DNA from: a virus | Strand: one strand, 5' to 3' | Length of the DNA stretch: 64,000 bases | IMG/VR virus record: IMGVR_UViG_3300036399_001571 | Location: 64,001 to 128,000 of that record | Shown here: in pieces, positions 40,507 through 49,969 of the stretch | Numbering within the stretch: the first letter of the stretch is position 1 | Layout: every line of letters starts with the position of its first letter | Program-made: the position numbers and the translations under genes | Notes under the pieces: model-generated | Databases searched by the model: none | What the model saw: only the letters and a program-made list of their open reading frames with translations | Told to the model about the DNA's origin: nothing

Positions 40507-40857
40507 CTAGTCGCTGTTCGCTTCTATGTACTGACGCACCGCTTCCCGTAGGGCAAAACTTCGTTCAATACATTTTGACATTGCTATTCGGTTCAGTTGT
40601 TCCAAGTCATTCTGCGATATCCTAAACACGCAAATTGGGTTTATTTTTCCTTGCTCTAAGTGCTCGTCGTGCGGCGGTAACAGATTGGCTTTTCGTGACG
40701 CCATTATCCGCTTGTTAGACGTAGATATAGAAACATTCATTCTCTGCGCAACATAGCGCTGTACTGGAATGCGCTTGCTTAGTGCTTCTCTATAAAGGTC
40801 TGCAACAACCTCTAGTTCTTCGTGTGTTGTTTTTCTACCTTTATGCGTTCCTATCAT
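40507..40857 (-). CDS. Putative DNA-binding protein (HTH + RHH-like)
   Basis: YVAQRMNVSISTSNKRI; VFRISQNDLEQL...LREAVRQYI. Confidence 0.5.
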   Translation of the reverse strand: MIGTHKGRKTTHEELEVVADLYREALSKRIPVQRYVAQRMNVSISTSNKRIMASRKANLLPPHDEHLEQGKINPICVFRISQNDLEQLNRIAMSKCIERSFALREAVRQYIEANSD

Positions 40858-41321
40858 ACGCTTGCTCCATCAAATGGACATTGAGCAACTTCACCGAATA
40901 CAGCCTCGTACAAGTTACGCCCGTCTTGCCACTCACTCCAGTCACCATCTGACGAGATAGAGACACAAGAGCCGTAGATTTCTTTCGCCCGAATAAGTAT
41001 CGCCGTAACTACAGCGTCATACGGTTTCATAGCAGTCTTGCAAAAATCAAAGATTTCAGGCTCATTTTTTCTCCACTCAACTTGAGTTGGCATTGCTTTC
41101 CAAGTAAAGGTTTCGTGAGACATATCATCTATGCCATTGAGACTGAACTCGCCTTCCGTGAATTGAGGTGAAGTTCCATTCTCTCCACTCCAGTCGCCTA
41201 GTTTTATGCCAATGGTGTATGCGTGTTCGCAAATAGCCTTAGCGTCTAGTGCAAGTTTGCCGTACATATAGGCAGACCCAGCGTTGTTTCGTGGTCGGTA
41301 GTTGTAATGCGTGTAACCCAT
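40854..41321 (-). CDS. Hypothetical protein
   Basis: MGYTHY...FCKT..KPYD..V; downstream of promoter 41366. Confidence 0.6.
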   Translation of the reverse strand: MGYTHYNYRPRNNAGSAYMYGKLALDAKAICEHAYTIGIKLGDWSGENGTSPQFTEGEFSLNGIDDMSHETFTWKAMPTQVEWRKNEPEIFDFCKTAMKPYDAVVTAILIRAKEIYGSCVSISSDGDWSEWQDGRNLYEAVFGEVAQCPFDGASV

Positions 41322-41581
41322 AGTTATTGCCTTTCGTTAGTAGGTGGTAGTACCTTATCAGACCCGATATCAGATTTACAATTGCTCATAAATCATCAGT
41401 TCTTCTTCATCAGAGAATGGATTTGAGTGCCGACCAATTCCAGTTACCCACATTTTTCGACCTTGCTGACCGCTGTCACCAATTGCGTCTTGCACCTGTG
41501 CTATCGCAAGCCCCGCTGCCGCTCCATCATCAACGCCTGTTACATCAAGCGTGACCATTACTGTCACTCGGTATGTATTCA

Positions 41582-41851
41582 TTAGTAAGTACTCCAATCG
41601 TAGTTGTCGTTTTTGTGTGCGATTTCCTCTGAACAAACTCCGATTACCTTTAGAGTTTCGCCGTCAATGATACGGCTACATTTCTCGCAAAGATAAACCT
41701 GCCCGTCCCAATCTCCATAGATAGTTGGCGAGACAATCTCTCCAGTCCTTAGGCAAGAGTAAAAGCCCTCGTAGTTTGGTTGGTTGCCACATAGGCACTG
41801 GAACCAATCAGTAGTGCCACCTATGAACTCCTCAAATAGTCGGTTGCTCAT
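41582..41851 (-). CDS. Cys-rich hypothetical protein
   Basis: CLC, CEKC; ATGA coupling. Confidence 0.5.
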   Translation of the reverse strand: MSNRLFEEFIGGTTDWFQCLCGNQPNYEGFYSCLRTGEIVSPTIYGDWDGQVYLCEKCSRIIDGETLKVIGVCSEEIAHKNDNYDWSTY

Positions 41852-42096
41852 TTGTCCACTCTCCCGTCCATAATCATTGCGTAGCGGATTAGTTCCTCAA
41901 CCAATTCCACACACTCCCAATCGTTCGCCTCTTGCCCGTCAATATCTTTCACGGCGAGAATACCGTCAAGGACAAACCCTGCATAGCCGTCCTGCATTTC
42001 GCTGGTTGGTTCCGCATTTGGGTCACTGGCGAGATTATAGAAAGGTTGTAGGTATCTGTCGTGCCACTCTTGCGCTGTTATCTTGTCTGTTTCCAT
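41848..42096 (-). CDS. Hypothetical protein, probably leaderless
   Basis: ATG (METDK) lies 7 nt after the -10 TATGAT of promoter 42118. Confidence 0.5.
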   Translation of the reverse strand: METDKITAQEWHDRYLQPFYNLASDPNAEPTSEMQDGYAGFVLDGILAVKDIDGQEANDWECVELVEELIRYAMIMDGRVDK

Positions 42097-42291
42097 AAGT
42101 ACCATCATAGGGAACCCGATATCAGATTTACAAACCACCTCTTCCGCCACCGTCAAGATAATAAGGGTGGGTAGGTAGTCGTTTTTTTGCAGAGCGATTT
42201 ATTTATTTTTTGCGATTTTTTTTATTTTTCTGGATAGCCCCGCAGCACATTCTGGGCCGTACTGAGGCCGGGGCTCCTGGTGGAAAATAGC

Positions 42292-42528
42292 TCACTCCCT
42301 CACCAATGGAGTTGCCCATCGGTCTTCGCTGTCGTAAAAACATGTATTGCAGACGAGACTATCTATGTCGTCATCCCAGACTGGCTCACTCCCGAAGGAA
42401 CGCACGGACATCTCCATTCCGCATGAGTCGCAATTACCACCGTCACCACGAATATGCACCGCTCCATGCACTAGTGGTAGTGCGTTTATTTTTGCGATAT
42501 ATGCCTCGCTCATGTCGTTCACTCCCAC
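42292..42528 (-). CDS. Small CxxC protein
   Basis: CDSC, CNTC. Confidence 0.45.
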   Translation of the reverse strand: MGVNDMSEAYIAKINALPLVHGAVHIRGDGGNCDSCGMEMSVRSFGSEPVWDDDIDSLVCNTCFYDSEDRWATPLVRE

Positions 42529-42788
42529 GCCCTATTGAGCAGTATGCCTGCGAACGGATTGGGATATCGCACTTCGTCATTGAGCCAACGCTCGCTATCG
42601 GAGTGTTGAGTCTCGCAGTCACGGAATGTCTTAGTAGCGAACGCCTTACCGTCCTTCATGAGGCGAACTAGCAACTTGCCAGTGCCGTCTTCCCATAGGT
42701 CCAGTTGGTAGGTAGCGTCAATGCCGCCGAACGGGTCAGTTTGTTCACCGAATACGGAGAGTTTGTGAGTCATTACTGCAGTGCTCAT
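42519..42788 (-). CDS. Hypothetical protein
   Basis: Start MSTAV coupled to the upstream TAA. Confidence 0.5.
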   Translation of the reverse strand: MSTAVMTHKLSVFGEQTDPFGGIDATYQLDLWEDGTGKLLVRLMKDGKAFATKTFRDCETQHSDSERWLNDEVRYPNPFAGILLNRAWE

Positions 42789-43078
42789 TACTTGCCACCT
42801 CTTTCGGAGTAGCAAGCAACGGCTTCGGTCAGTGTGGTGCAGTAGTCACCGCTATAACGCTCCCAGCCACTAGGGCGAGCCACAACGGTCCATACGGCGA
42901 ACTTGTGGAATGGGTTGCTTGGGTTATAGCAGACGGTAATCCACGAGGCGTATGAGTCGTCAATTTCACGGTCATTCTTTTTCGTAAGTGCCAAAACAAT
43001 TATGTCATTGGCAATTACTTCACCAAGTTTTAGTTCAGCGAATGTCAGGTCCACTGAATTGTCGGTTAGTAGGTACAA
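42788..43078 (-). CDS. Hypothetical protein (TTG start)
   Basis: SD gaaagg after promoter 43122. Confidence 0.5.
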   Translation of the reverse strand: MYLLTDNSVDLTFAELKLGEVIANDIIVLALTKKNDREIDDSYASWITVCYNPSNPFHKFAVWTVVARPSGWERYSGDYCTTLTEAVACYSERGGK

Positions 43079-43201
43079 GGTATTTCCTTTCGTAGTAGTT
43101 GAGATAGACACTACACGAGCCGATATCAGATTTACAAAATTGTTAGGAGCCCCGCTGGGTAGGTAGTCAGGCATCGAGGCGGGGCTTTTCACGCGCATAA
43201 G

Positions 43202-43237
43202 GAAGCCCTGCCCACCAGTTACGGCAGGCAGGGCTTC
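43202..43237 (-). terminator. GC-rich hairpin, probable intrinsic terminator
   Basis: GAAGCCCTGCC...GGCAGGGCTTC downstream of the 43269-43706 gene. Confidence 0.55.
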
Positions 43238-43268
43238 GGTTGTTCGTAGGGGTGAAAGGGGTAAAGCC

Positions 43269-43706
43269 CTAGAACAAGCCCATTATTGCGTCAGCGAGTG
43301 CGCCACGAGCATTACCGTCATCGGTAATCGTTTCGTCAGGTGTGTCCGAGAAGCGCATAACGCTAGCCCAACCGTCTTTGCCAGCAAACACCATTAGGCG
43401 TACACGCCTGCGCTGTGGGTGCTGTGAAGGTGCTACCTCGTTTTCAGGGTCATCGCTTTCGGTGATAGGTGAAGCCCAACCACAAGTGACGAGGGCAACA
43501 TAATCGCTCACCTTCGCTACTGCTCGGCTGTCATCGCTGTCAAGTAGGTCGTACACATCGCCGTGTTCGCCTGCCAAGACCATAGCCACGCCTTCATCGG
43601 TTTCGTTGATAGCAAAGAACAATGCCGTTTTCAGGTCAAAGCCCCCCTCTAATTGCTCGGAGATAAGCCTCTCGGCAAACTCCGCTTTATCCAGTACATC
43701 GCTCAT
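43269..43706 (-). CDS. Hypothetical protein
   Basis: Start MSDVL with SD gaaagg after promoter 43764. Confidence 0.6.
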   Translation of the reverse strand: MSDVLDKAEFAERLISEQLEGGFDLKTALFFAINETDEGVAMVLAGEHGDVYDLLDSDDSRAVAKVSDYVALVTCGWASPITESDDPENEVAPSQHPQRRRVRLMVFAGKDGWASVMRFSDTPDETITDDGNARGALADAIMGLF

Positions 43707-44034
43707 CGGTAGTTCCTTTCGGTAGTAGTTGATTAGATAAGCACTACTCACCTTAGCCAGCCCGATATCAGATTTACAAAACACGGGTAGCCGATATGAG
43801 AGCCCCGCTGGGCTAATCTCTTTGGGTGAACGAACTAGAGCAAGCAAGAAGCCGGGGCTTATCAAAAAGAATTGCCGAGTTCGATATCGAGTTGTACAAC
43901 CTTTGGATACAGATAAGAGCCGTAGAGGAAAGTAACGCCGAGTTCACTGCCGACAATTTGCGCAAAAGTTTCAGGGTAATAACAAAAGAGGGCTAGAGAT
44001 TTCTCTCTAACCCTCTTTCGGTAGGTGGATAGGA

Positions 44035-44433
44035 CTAGACCGCTTCGGCGGTTTCGGTTACTGCGCCTTTAGCAAGGTCACGGACAACGATACGAGTGTA
44101 AGCCGATGGCTTCACACACGCAGTTTCCACTTCCTCACTGATATCGCCAGCCTTACGAGCCTTATCAAACTCCTTGACCTCAACGGCAGTCTTGGTGACT
44201 GCGCTGAAAATCTTGGCATTGACAAGTTCCGAAAGTGTTGCGACATCAAAGTTGCGACGAATTGCCTCAACAAGTTGTACGCACTTGTCGTTCACTTCCC
44301 AAGAGTTCACGCCTGCTTCGGCGTACGCTTCTGAAAGCAATTCCTTCGCAACTGCGACGGCTTTCTCGGCAGAGGCGAGAGCCTCAACGGCACTCACATA
44401 CTGACGAGCAACGGCAGAAAGTTGCTTGGACAT
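44035..44433 (-). CDS. Hypothetical protein
   Basis: Start MSKQL after promoter 44488. Confidence 0.55.
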   Translation of the reverse strand: MSKQLSAVARQYVSAVEALASAEKAVAVAKELLSEAYAEAGVNSWEVNDKCVQLVEAIRRNFDVATLSELVNAKIFSAVTKTAVEVKEFDKARKAGDISEEVETACVKPSAYTRIVVRDLAKGAVTETAEAV

Positions 44434-44631
44434 ATTTTGTTCACCCCCTTCGGTGTCTGTAGTAGGTAGTACCACTATATACCACCCGATATCAGATTTA
44501 CAAAATCGCTTGACGAAGTACAGAGCCCCGTCTTTGCCTTTGTTTGGTTGGTTTGCGGGGCTTTTGGGCGCACGAAAAAAAAGAGGGGCAGGTTTCCCCA
44601 CCCCTCTCTCCTTTTCGGTAGCCAGTTGTGA

Positions 44632-45054
44632 CTAGAGGTACTCCGACACCGACTTGAGAGTAGATGCGCTCACATACTCTTGGTCAGTCATCTTGAGGAC
44701 ACGGATTGCCTGCTTGATTTCGTCAGTCTCGCGCTCGTACCTGTGTTCAGGGTATGTATCAACCTGTGTAGGTTCGGTTGGGAGTGCTGACTTTGGCAAC
44801 TCCATAGTGACGCTGAACTCCACCGTCTTGCTCTTGGAGTTGCTGGAATACCAACGCTGACGGCTTGCGTCAGTTATCACGCCCTTGCTCTTGACGAGTT
44901 TGAGGATAGCCAAGTTGTAGGCTTCCTTTTCCTTCTCAAAACGGGCTTCCTCTTTTTCTTGATTGGCGAAACGCTGTTGGCGCTCTACCAATGCTTTCTC
45001 TAGTGATGAGATGAGAGTACCCACCTTCACCTTGACGGATATTGACTTACTCAT
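44632..45054 (-). CDS. Hypothetical protein
   Basis: After promoter 45109; SD gaaagg. Confidence 0.6.
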   Translation of the reverse strand: MSKSISVKVKVGTLISSLEKALVERQQRFANQEKEEARFEKEKEAYNLAILKLVKSKGVITDASRQRWYSSNSKSKTVEFSVTMELPKSALPTEPTQVDTYPEHRYERETDEIKQAIRVLKMTDQEYVSASTLKSVSEYL

Positions 45055-45212
45055 TATGCCCTGCCTTTCGTAGTAGTTGATTGGGGCAGTAACGACATTA
45101 CAACACCCGATATCAGATTTACAAAGTGCTTTCCGCCACCGTCATCTAAACACCGATACTTGACAAGCCCTCTCACACCTGCTAGCGCACCAACTTTTTT
45201 CGGCTGGTTGGG

Positions 45213-45226
45213 CGAACATATGTTCG
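45213..45226. promoter_or_regulatory. LexA-like SOS box CGAACATATGTTCG
   Basis: Perfect CGAAC-N4-GTTCG, intergenic. Confidence 0.6.
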
Positions 45227-45316
45227 GTGAGCCCCGGTGGGTCAGCCCGCACGGCGGGGCTTATTCATAAAAAATGGCAGAGAGCTCGAAGCCCCCTGCC
45301 TAATTTTTATCGAGTG

Positions 45317-45721
45317 TCAGTCTCTCCACTCCGTGACCACTGGCGTCAAGTCCATGCTCTCTCTGCTGTTGTTTATCATGGTGCCCAACTCCAAGTCATG
45401 TGAAGCCTCTAGAGCCATGTTGGCAAAGTGTTCTGTCATGAAGTCGCTCGGAACGTCAGTGTCATAGCCTTCATCGTCAGCGATACCGACCAGCACAGCG
45501 TCACCAGCGAGAACCCTGCGGAACAACAAAGACGTGATGTTGTTTGTCGGCAGGTCAATGAGCAAGCCTTCGTCATGTACGTAGGCAGTAACGCCCATTT
45601 CCCAATCGTTCACACAGTCAAACCAGCCACCAACTAATTCGTGAATGACGGTATGCGCACCGTCACGTGGAATGTCAATAGCGGTTACTTCACCGCTTGT
45701 TTTCACGAGTACTGCTTTCAT
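45317..45721 (-). CDS. DUF3846-like protein
   Basis: IHELVGGWFDCV...YVHDEGLL..LP.N...LAGDAVLVG. Confidence 0.65.
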   Translation of the reverse strand: MKAVLVKTSGEVTAIDIPRDGAHTVIHELVGGWFDCVNDWEMGVTAYVHDEGLLIDLPTNNITSLLFRRVLAGDAVLVGIADDEGYDTDVPSDFMTEHFANMALEASHDLELGTMINNSRESMDLTPVVTEWRD

Positions 45722-45790
45722 TTTTTCCCTCTTTCGTAGTAGTTGATTAGAGATTACAGGAATAGATATCAGATTTACAAAACAATTTGA

Positions 45791-45955
45791 TTAGTGAACT
45801 AAATTACTTTCGGGAACGATTGCGAGTGGGTCAAACTTTCCTGAACCACTTACACGAACCAAGTAACGCAGGTGATTGTCGTAACCAACAACCACTCCAC
45901 TGATGATGTTCCCGTGATTGTCACGGTACGCCACCTGCGAACCCTCGTCTTTCAT
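45791..45955 (-). CDS. Small hypothetical protein
   Basis: Start MKDEG after promoter 45996. Confidence 0.45.
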   Translation of the reverse strand: MKDEGSQVAYRDNHGNIISGVVVGYDNHLRYLVRVSGSGKFDPLAIVPESNLVH

Positions 45956-46137
45956 AAGCACCCCTTTCGTTGAGTAGTAGTACCTTACAGGAACCGATAT
46001 CAGATTTACAAAAATACATAGCCCCGCTAGCTTTGCGACAGGTTGTACAGCGGGGCTTTCATAGCGGCAAATAGATTGCGCTGCGCACCCATTACTAGAA
46101 GTGGGTTCTGTTGCCAAGCCCCACTCGGCTCCGTTTG

Positions 46138-46380
46138 TTAGACAGTGATGGTTCCACCTTCCCAAATGCCTCGGGTGCGGTGTCCTACCAGTGGATACTC
46201 ATAGTTGAGGTATCCAAGTGGGTAGTCCGCAGCGAAGCGATTTGTTGCGATGACGGTCGCCATGTCAATGCCACAGCGCTCCAAGTCACGCACAAAGGAC
46301 AGAATCAGGTGTGTGTAAACCACACGCTGACGAATCATCTGTCCATCGTGGAACTGAAGAATGCTCTTTTTCATATTCAC
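46138..46380 (-). CDS. Hypothetical protein
   Basis: After promoter 46441. Confidence 0.45.
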   Translation of the reverse strand: MNMKKSILQFHDGQMIRQRVVYTHLILSFVRDLERCGIDMATVIATNRFAADYPLGYLNYEYPLVGHRTRGIWEGGTITV

Positions 46381-46820
46381 CCCCTTTCAAAGAAGTGTGG
46401 TTCGAGCGGTTCTCGAACGCAGTAGCACCTTAGTAAACCCGATATCAGATTTACAAAACAGCAAGGGCGCAAATAAGCCCCGGCACAACTCCTACCGCAT
46501 GCTCCCTGAATACATTCTGTCCTGAAGGTCTGCGAAGTGATAATCGCACAATGAAACGGTAATAACGCCACTCTCATACTGGCGCACAGTGCCACCGCAC
46601 ATATCTGCGCTATCGGCATTGGTGTCGTATTCTCGGCATTGTTGGTGTGTTTGGTTATTCATAGTGATATGACCTTATCAAACTAGATATCAGATTTCCA
46701 AATTGAACAATAAGCCCCGGCATTAGGAGAAAGCAATACCTCTAATGAGGCGGGGCTCCTGGCCAAATAAGTGACGCAGGTTTCCCCACGCCACCTAATC
46801 GGTTGAACTTGCTTCGCTGA

Positions 46821-47123
46821 TTATTCCTCGTAGCGAAGGTCGTAATCCTCAATGTCGTCACACCATGCGCCAAGGTGGTGAGATTCAATGATTGCCCATG
46901 CAGGCGCACTCGTCTTACCCTTCCACGACACACCTTCAGGCAATTCAATGAGTTCATCCCCACTGAAGTCTGCGTTGTAACTGTCAATTGCTTGAATGCA
47001 CACTGGCACCATTGACAATGGCACTGGCGGGTAGTGATTACTCCGCAGGTGGATTGCTAGGGCTGTATCCAGTGATAGGCCCATGTCGTTGTCGGCTAGT
47101 TCGCTTGCTAACTGATTACCCAT
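46821..47123 (-). CDS. Hypothetical protein
   Basis: SD aaggggg; HLRSNHYPPVP. Confidence 0.55.
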   Translation of the reverse strand: MGNQLASELADNDMGLSLDTALAIHLRSNHYPPVPLSMVPVCIQAIDSYNADFSGDELIELPEGVSWKGKTSAPAWAIIESHHLGAWCDDIEDYDLRYEE

Positions 47124-47412
47124 TATTTGCCCCCTTCAGGACTAGTAGTAGTGAAGTTGGTGGGAGCCTGTCGGGGGACATTTCCATCCCCCGATTAGCG
47201 TTATAGGACACTCTTCAGTCCCACCAACAGTAAACACTTTACGGTATGCGATATCAAATTTACAATTCACGACTGGCCACCCCTGCGCCTTCAGGAGCGT
47301 GGTTTGAGCCCCGCATACCAACTGTCTTGGGTGTTGGAGTGGCGGGGCTATAAAGCCAAAAAAGTCGAGCAACCTACTGGCTGCCCGACTTCTCGGAGGG
47401 TTTTACTGGCGC

Positions 47413-47652
47413 TTACTGGCGCTGGAGTTTGTACAACTCGTAAATCCAGCCAGTGCCACCGCCGTAGTGATACTTCTCACCAACAGTGTTCTTCATTTCG
47501 TACAGCGCGTCATCCAACATGTAGATGGCTCCCTCTCCTTCTTCGCTCTCGAGATTCCTGAGCATTTCAGTCATCTCATCGAGCAAGGTCCTAAGTTCTT
47601 GGGCGATTTCCCCAACACTCTTTACCTTTTCTTCTTCCAGTATTTCGTCTAT
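47413..47652 (-). CDS. Hypothetical protein with ATA at the start position; paralog of 48009-48257
   Basis: Own translation IDEILEEE...GEKYHYGGGTGWIYELYKLQRQ*; SD aaagggg 5-6 nt upstream; missing from the ORF track. Confidence 0.5.
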   Translation of the reverse strand: MDEILEEEKVKSVGEIAQELRTLLDEMTEMLRNLESEEGEGAIYMLDDALYEMKNTVGEKYHYGGGTGWIYELYKLQRQ

Positions 47653-47670
47653 GTCTTTCCCCTTTGTTCG

Positions 47671-47690
47671 AATGTTCCACGTGGAACATT
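47671..47690. promoter_or_regulatory. parS-like palindrome AATGTTCCACGTGGAACATT
   Basis: Fits the bacterial parS consensus TGTTNCACGTGNAACA. Confidence 0.65.
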
Positions 47691-47760
47691 TCCTTACAAG
47701 ACCAACTCTAGTACACCTGATATCAGATTTACAACTTCACTTTTTAGCCCCGTCTTGGGG

Positions 47761-47774
47761 CGAACATATGTTTG
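47761..47774. promoter_or_regulatory. LexA-like SOS box CGAACATATGTTTG
   Basis: One mismatch; inside an AGCCCCG/CGGGGCT loop. Confidence 0.5.
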
Positions 47775-48008
47775 CAGCCGTAGGCGGGGCTATAAAACTA
47801 AAATGTCGGGCAACCGATTTGGCTACCCGACACTTTCAGTCGATTTGGATTTTGTCAAACACTTCGGCTCGAGCATTGAGCATCGCCCAATGAAAAGCGT
47901 CCATGAAAATCTGCTGCTTCTCTGCCGACCTGAACTCTCGCTCGGCGTGGGCTCGAGCCTCGGCGGTCTTAACCGCCAAGAGCCCGACCCACCACTCGAC
48001 CTTCTCGT

Positions 48009-48257
48009 TCACCAGTTAGCCGAGTTAAACGGCTCTTTGTTTGGTTCTTTGAGCGCTCGCTCCCAGCCGTCGGCACTGCCGTACCAGTAACTTCCCTTGT
48101 AATCACTGACGATGTAGCCGAGTTTCCCTAGCACTGCTTCCTCGATTGTCTCGTCCTCGGGTTGGCTGTCGAGTATCTCGAGTAGTTCGAGTACCGCTTC
48201 CCTGATTTCATCAAGAGCCTTCGCTCCTGCTTTCCGCACCTCTACTTGACCTTCCAT
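48009..48257 (-). CDS. Hypothetical protein
   Basis: SD aagggg; KGSYWYGSADGW. Confidence 0.55.
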   Translation of the reverse strand: MEGQVEVRKAGAKALDEIREAVLELLEILDSQPEDETIEEAVLGKLGYIVSDYKGSYWYGSADGWERALKEPNKEPFNSANW

Positions 48258-48276
48258 TACTTTCCCCTTTTCTCGG

Positions 48277-48296
48277 AATGTTCCACGTGGAACATT
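48277..48296. promoter_or_regulatory. parS-like palindrome AATGTTCCACGTGGAACATT
   Basis: Second perfect copy. Confidence 0.65.
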
Positions 48297-48549
48297 CGGT
48301 TTTTCTTACAAGACCAACTCTAGTACACCCGAAAGAGAATTGCAACTTTTATTTATAGCCCCGCAGAAGTTTTTTTCATTTAACATACAGATGACATACA
48401 GGTAACATACAAATTTTCGTCAGCAGAAGGGCAGGCGGGGCTGTTTTGAGAAAAAAATAAGCCACACCAAAACTCAACGCAGGTTGAAAGGGGTAAAACG
48501 CGGAGTAATGGTGTGGCTATTTATTAGTAGGTATTGCTACCCACTAAAC

Positions 48550-48804
48550 CTAGTTTGACATTTCGTGAGTTTGCTCGTCAAACCTTCCAACTAAGTGAGG
48601 CTGTAATACCTCGTTGTATCCGTCTGCAATACTGCAAGCCTGCGAGTGAGAAACACAGGGCATTGAGTATTGTAGGAAGTCGCTACTGTCTCCAGTAGGT
48701 GACTGAATATGAAGCATTACTGCCCAAGTAGTAGAAACCCCATAAACCTGCATTGGGTCGTGGACTACTTGTGCGCTAACGATAGAACCTTTACCTGATT
48801 TCAT
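48550..48804 (-). CDS. Hypothetical protein
   Basis: Start MKSGK coupled to the upstream TAA. Confidence 0.45.
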   Translation of the reverse strand: MKSGKGSIVSAQVVHDPMQVYGVSTTWAVMLHIQSPTGDSSDFLQYSMPCVSHSQACSIADGYNEVLQPHLVGRFDEQTHEMSN

Positions 48805-49052
48805 TACTTGCCTACCTTTCCAGTAGTGAGTGTTTGCTCTAGGACTAGCCACGAGTGACCAGAACTTGTGTTTGCGTGGATTTGGAAACTGTAAGTGTTG
48901 TAGTCGCCTACACTCTCCCAGTATTCCGAAGCCTCGTCAGTTGCCAACCAAGCCTCACACTCTTTACGAGTGTCTGCCTCAAAGGCTGGCGTGTCGCTAT
49001 CTGGGAGACAGCCTGCGCTTGCCCACCAAACCTGATAAACGGTATGTTTCAT
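48804..49052 (-). CDS. Hypothetical protein
   Basis: After promoter 49116; AGCLPDSD. Confidence 0.55.
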   Translation of the reverse strand: MKHTVYQVWWASAGCLPDSDTPAFEADTRKECEAWLATDEASEYWESVGDYNTYSFQIHANTSSGHSWLVLEQTLTTGKVGK

Positions 49053-49384
49053 AATTTCCCCTTTCCGAGAAACTTACGGGGATACTTTCCCCGTTGAGAT
49101 AACAGTACAGGACTAGATATCAGATTTACAAAATTACTTATTGCGCTTTATTACTGCGTAGATATAGGTAAAGATAACGCCACTAAGAAACCCAATAATT
49201 AGCCCTTGTGTGTACATAACTGCTTGCACGATTTTTTCTTTCCGTTGTAGGTGATACTAAATTACAGGCTTGTAGTGATTATGTCAAGGATTTCGATATA
49301 GCCCCGCATATCGGGCTGAGCCCGTCTAATAGCCGGGGCTCCGGGAAAAATTTCAGCCGGGTGAACAGGCTGAAACTGGTGGGC

Positions 49385-49639
49385 TCACCAAGTCGAAAGG
49401 TCGACGCCCCCGTGTGGGAAGTTCTCGGCGAAGCCTGTCGTCCAAATCGAGTTGCCTGTTGGGCACCTGTAAGTGTCGTGCTCCCCGAGCTTGTCCAGTA
49501 TGTCCACGATGACTTCGTCACCAGCGACTGTCACCAGTATCACATGGCCCTCGTAGACCTTGTATGAGCTGTCGCCAGCGTTGATGTATGTACCAATGCG
49601 CAGCTTCTCTGCGTCTACGAGCTGTGGCGTGTAGTTCAT
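49385..49639 (-). CDS. Hypothetical protein
   Basis: Start MNYTPQ. Confidence 0.45.
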   Translation of the reverse strand: MNYTPQLVDAEKLRIGTYINAGDSSYKVYEGHVILVTVAGDEVIVDILDKLGEHDTYRCPTGNSIWTTGFAENFPHGGVDLSTW

Positions 49640-49854
49640 TCCCAATCCAACCCGTCTGTGAAGGCCTCGTTCTCTGCGTACCACGCAAGGTCGTCCTCTT
49701 GTACGAGGTGCCCGTCCAGTGTGTACTCCCCGTCATCCCACGGGTTGAATTCTGCTTTCATTTTGTGCCCCTTTCAGTTGGCCTTGCTTCCGTGCTCCAA
49801 ACATTACAACACGCGATATCAGATTTACAAAACGGGCGAACAGGCCAGCCCGGG

Positions 49855-49868
49855 CGAACATGTGTTCG
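49855..49868. promoter_or_regulatory. LexA-like SOS box CGAACATGTGTTCG
   Basis: Perfect CGAAC-N4-GTTCG, about 25 nt upstream of the -35 of promoter 49815. Confidence 0.6.
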
Positions 49869-49969
49869 TGCGCGACCCGGAGTCCCGGCTATCAGGCGCG
49901 AGCGCCGGGGCTCATGGAAAATTTTGGGGGTGTAACAAGGTTTTTATTCCCTGTCACACCCCCTCGGGT

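Noticed and set aside
46398-46420. GGTTCGAG-containing hairpin as a possible tRNA
   Set aside because: No cloverleaf could be built; no tRNA was recognised in the window.
47467-48090. Plus-strand ORFs of 207 and 122 aa
   Set aside because: They run antisense across promoter, parS and SOS motifs; the minus-strand genes explain the region.
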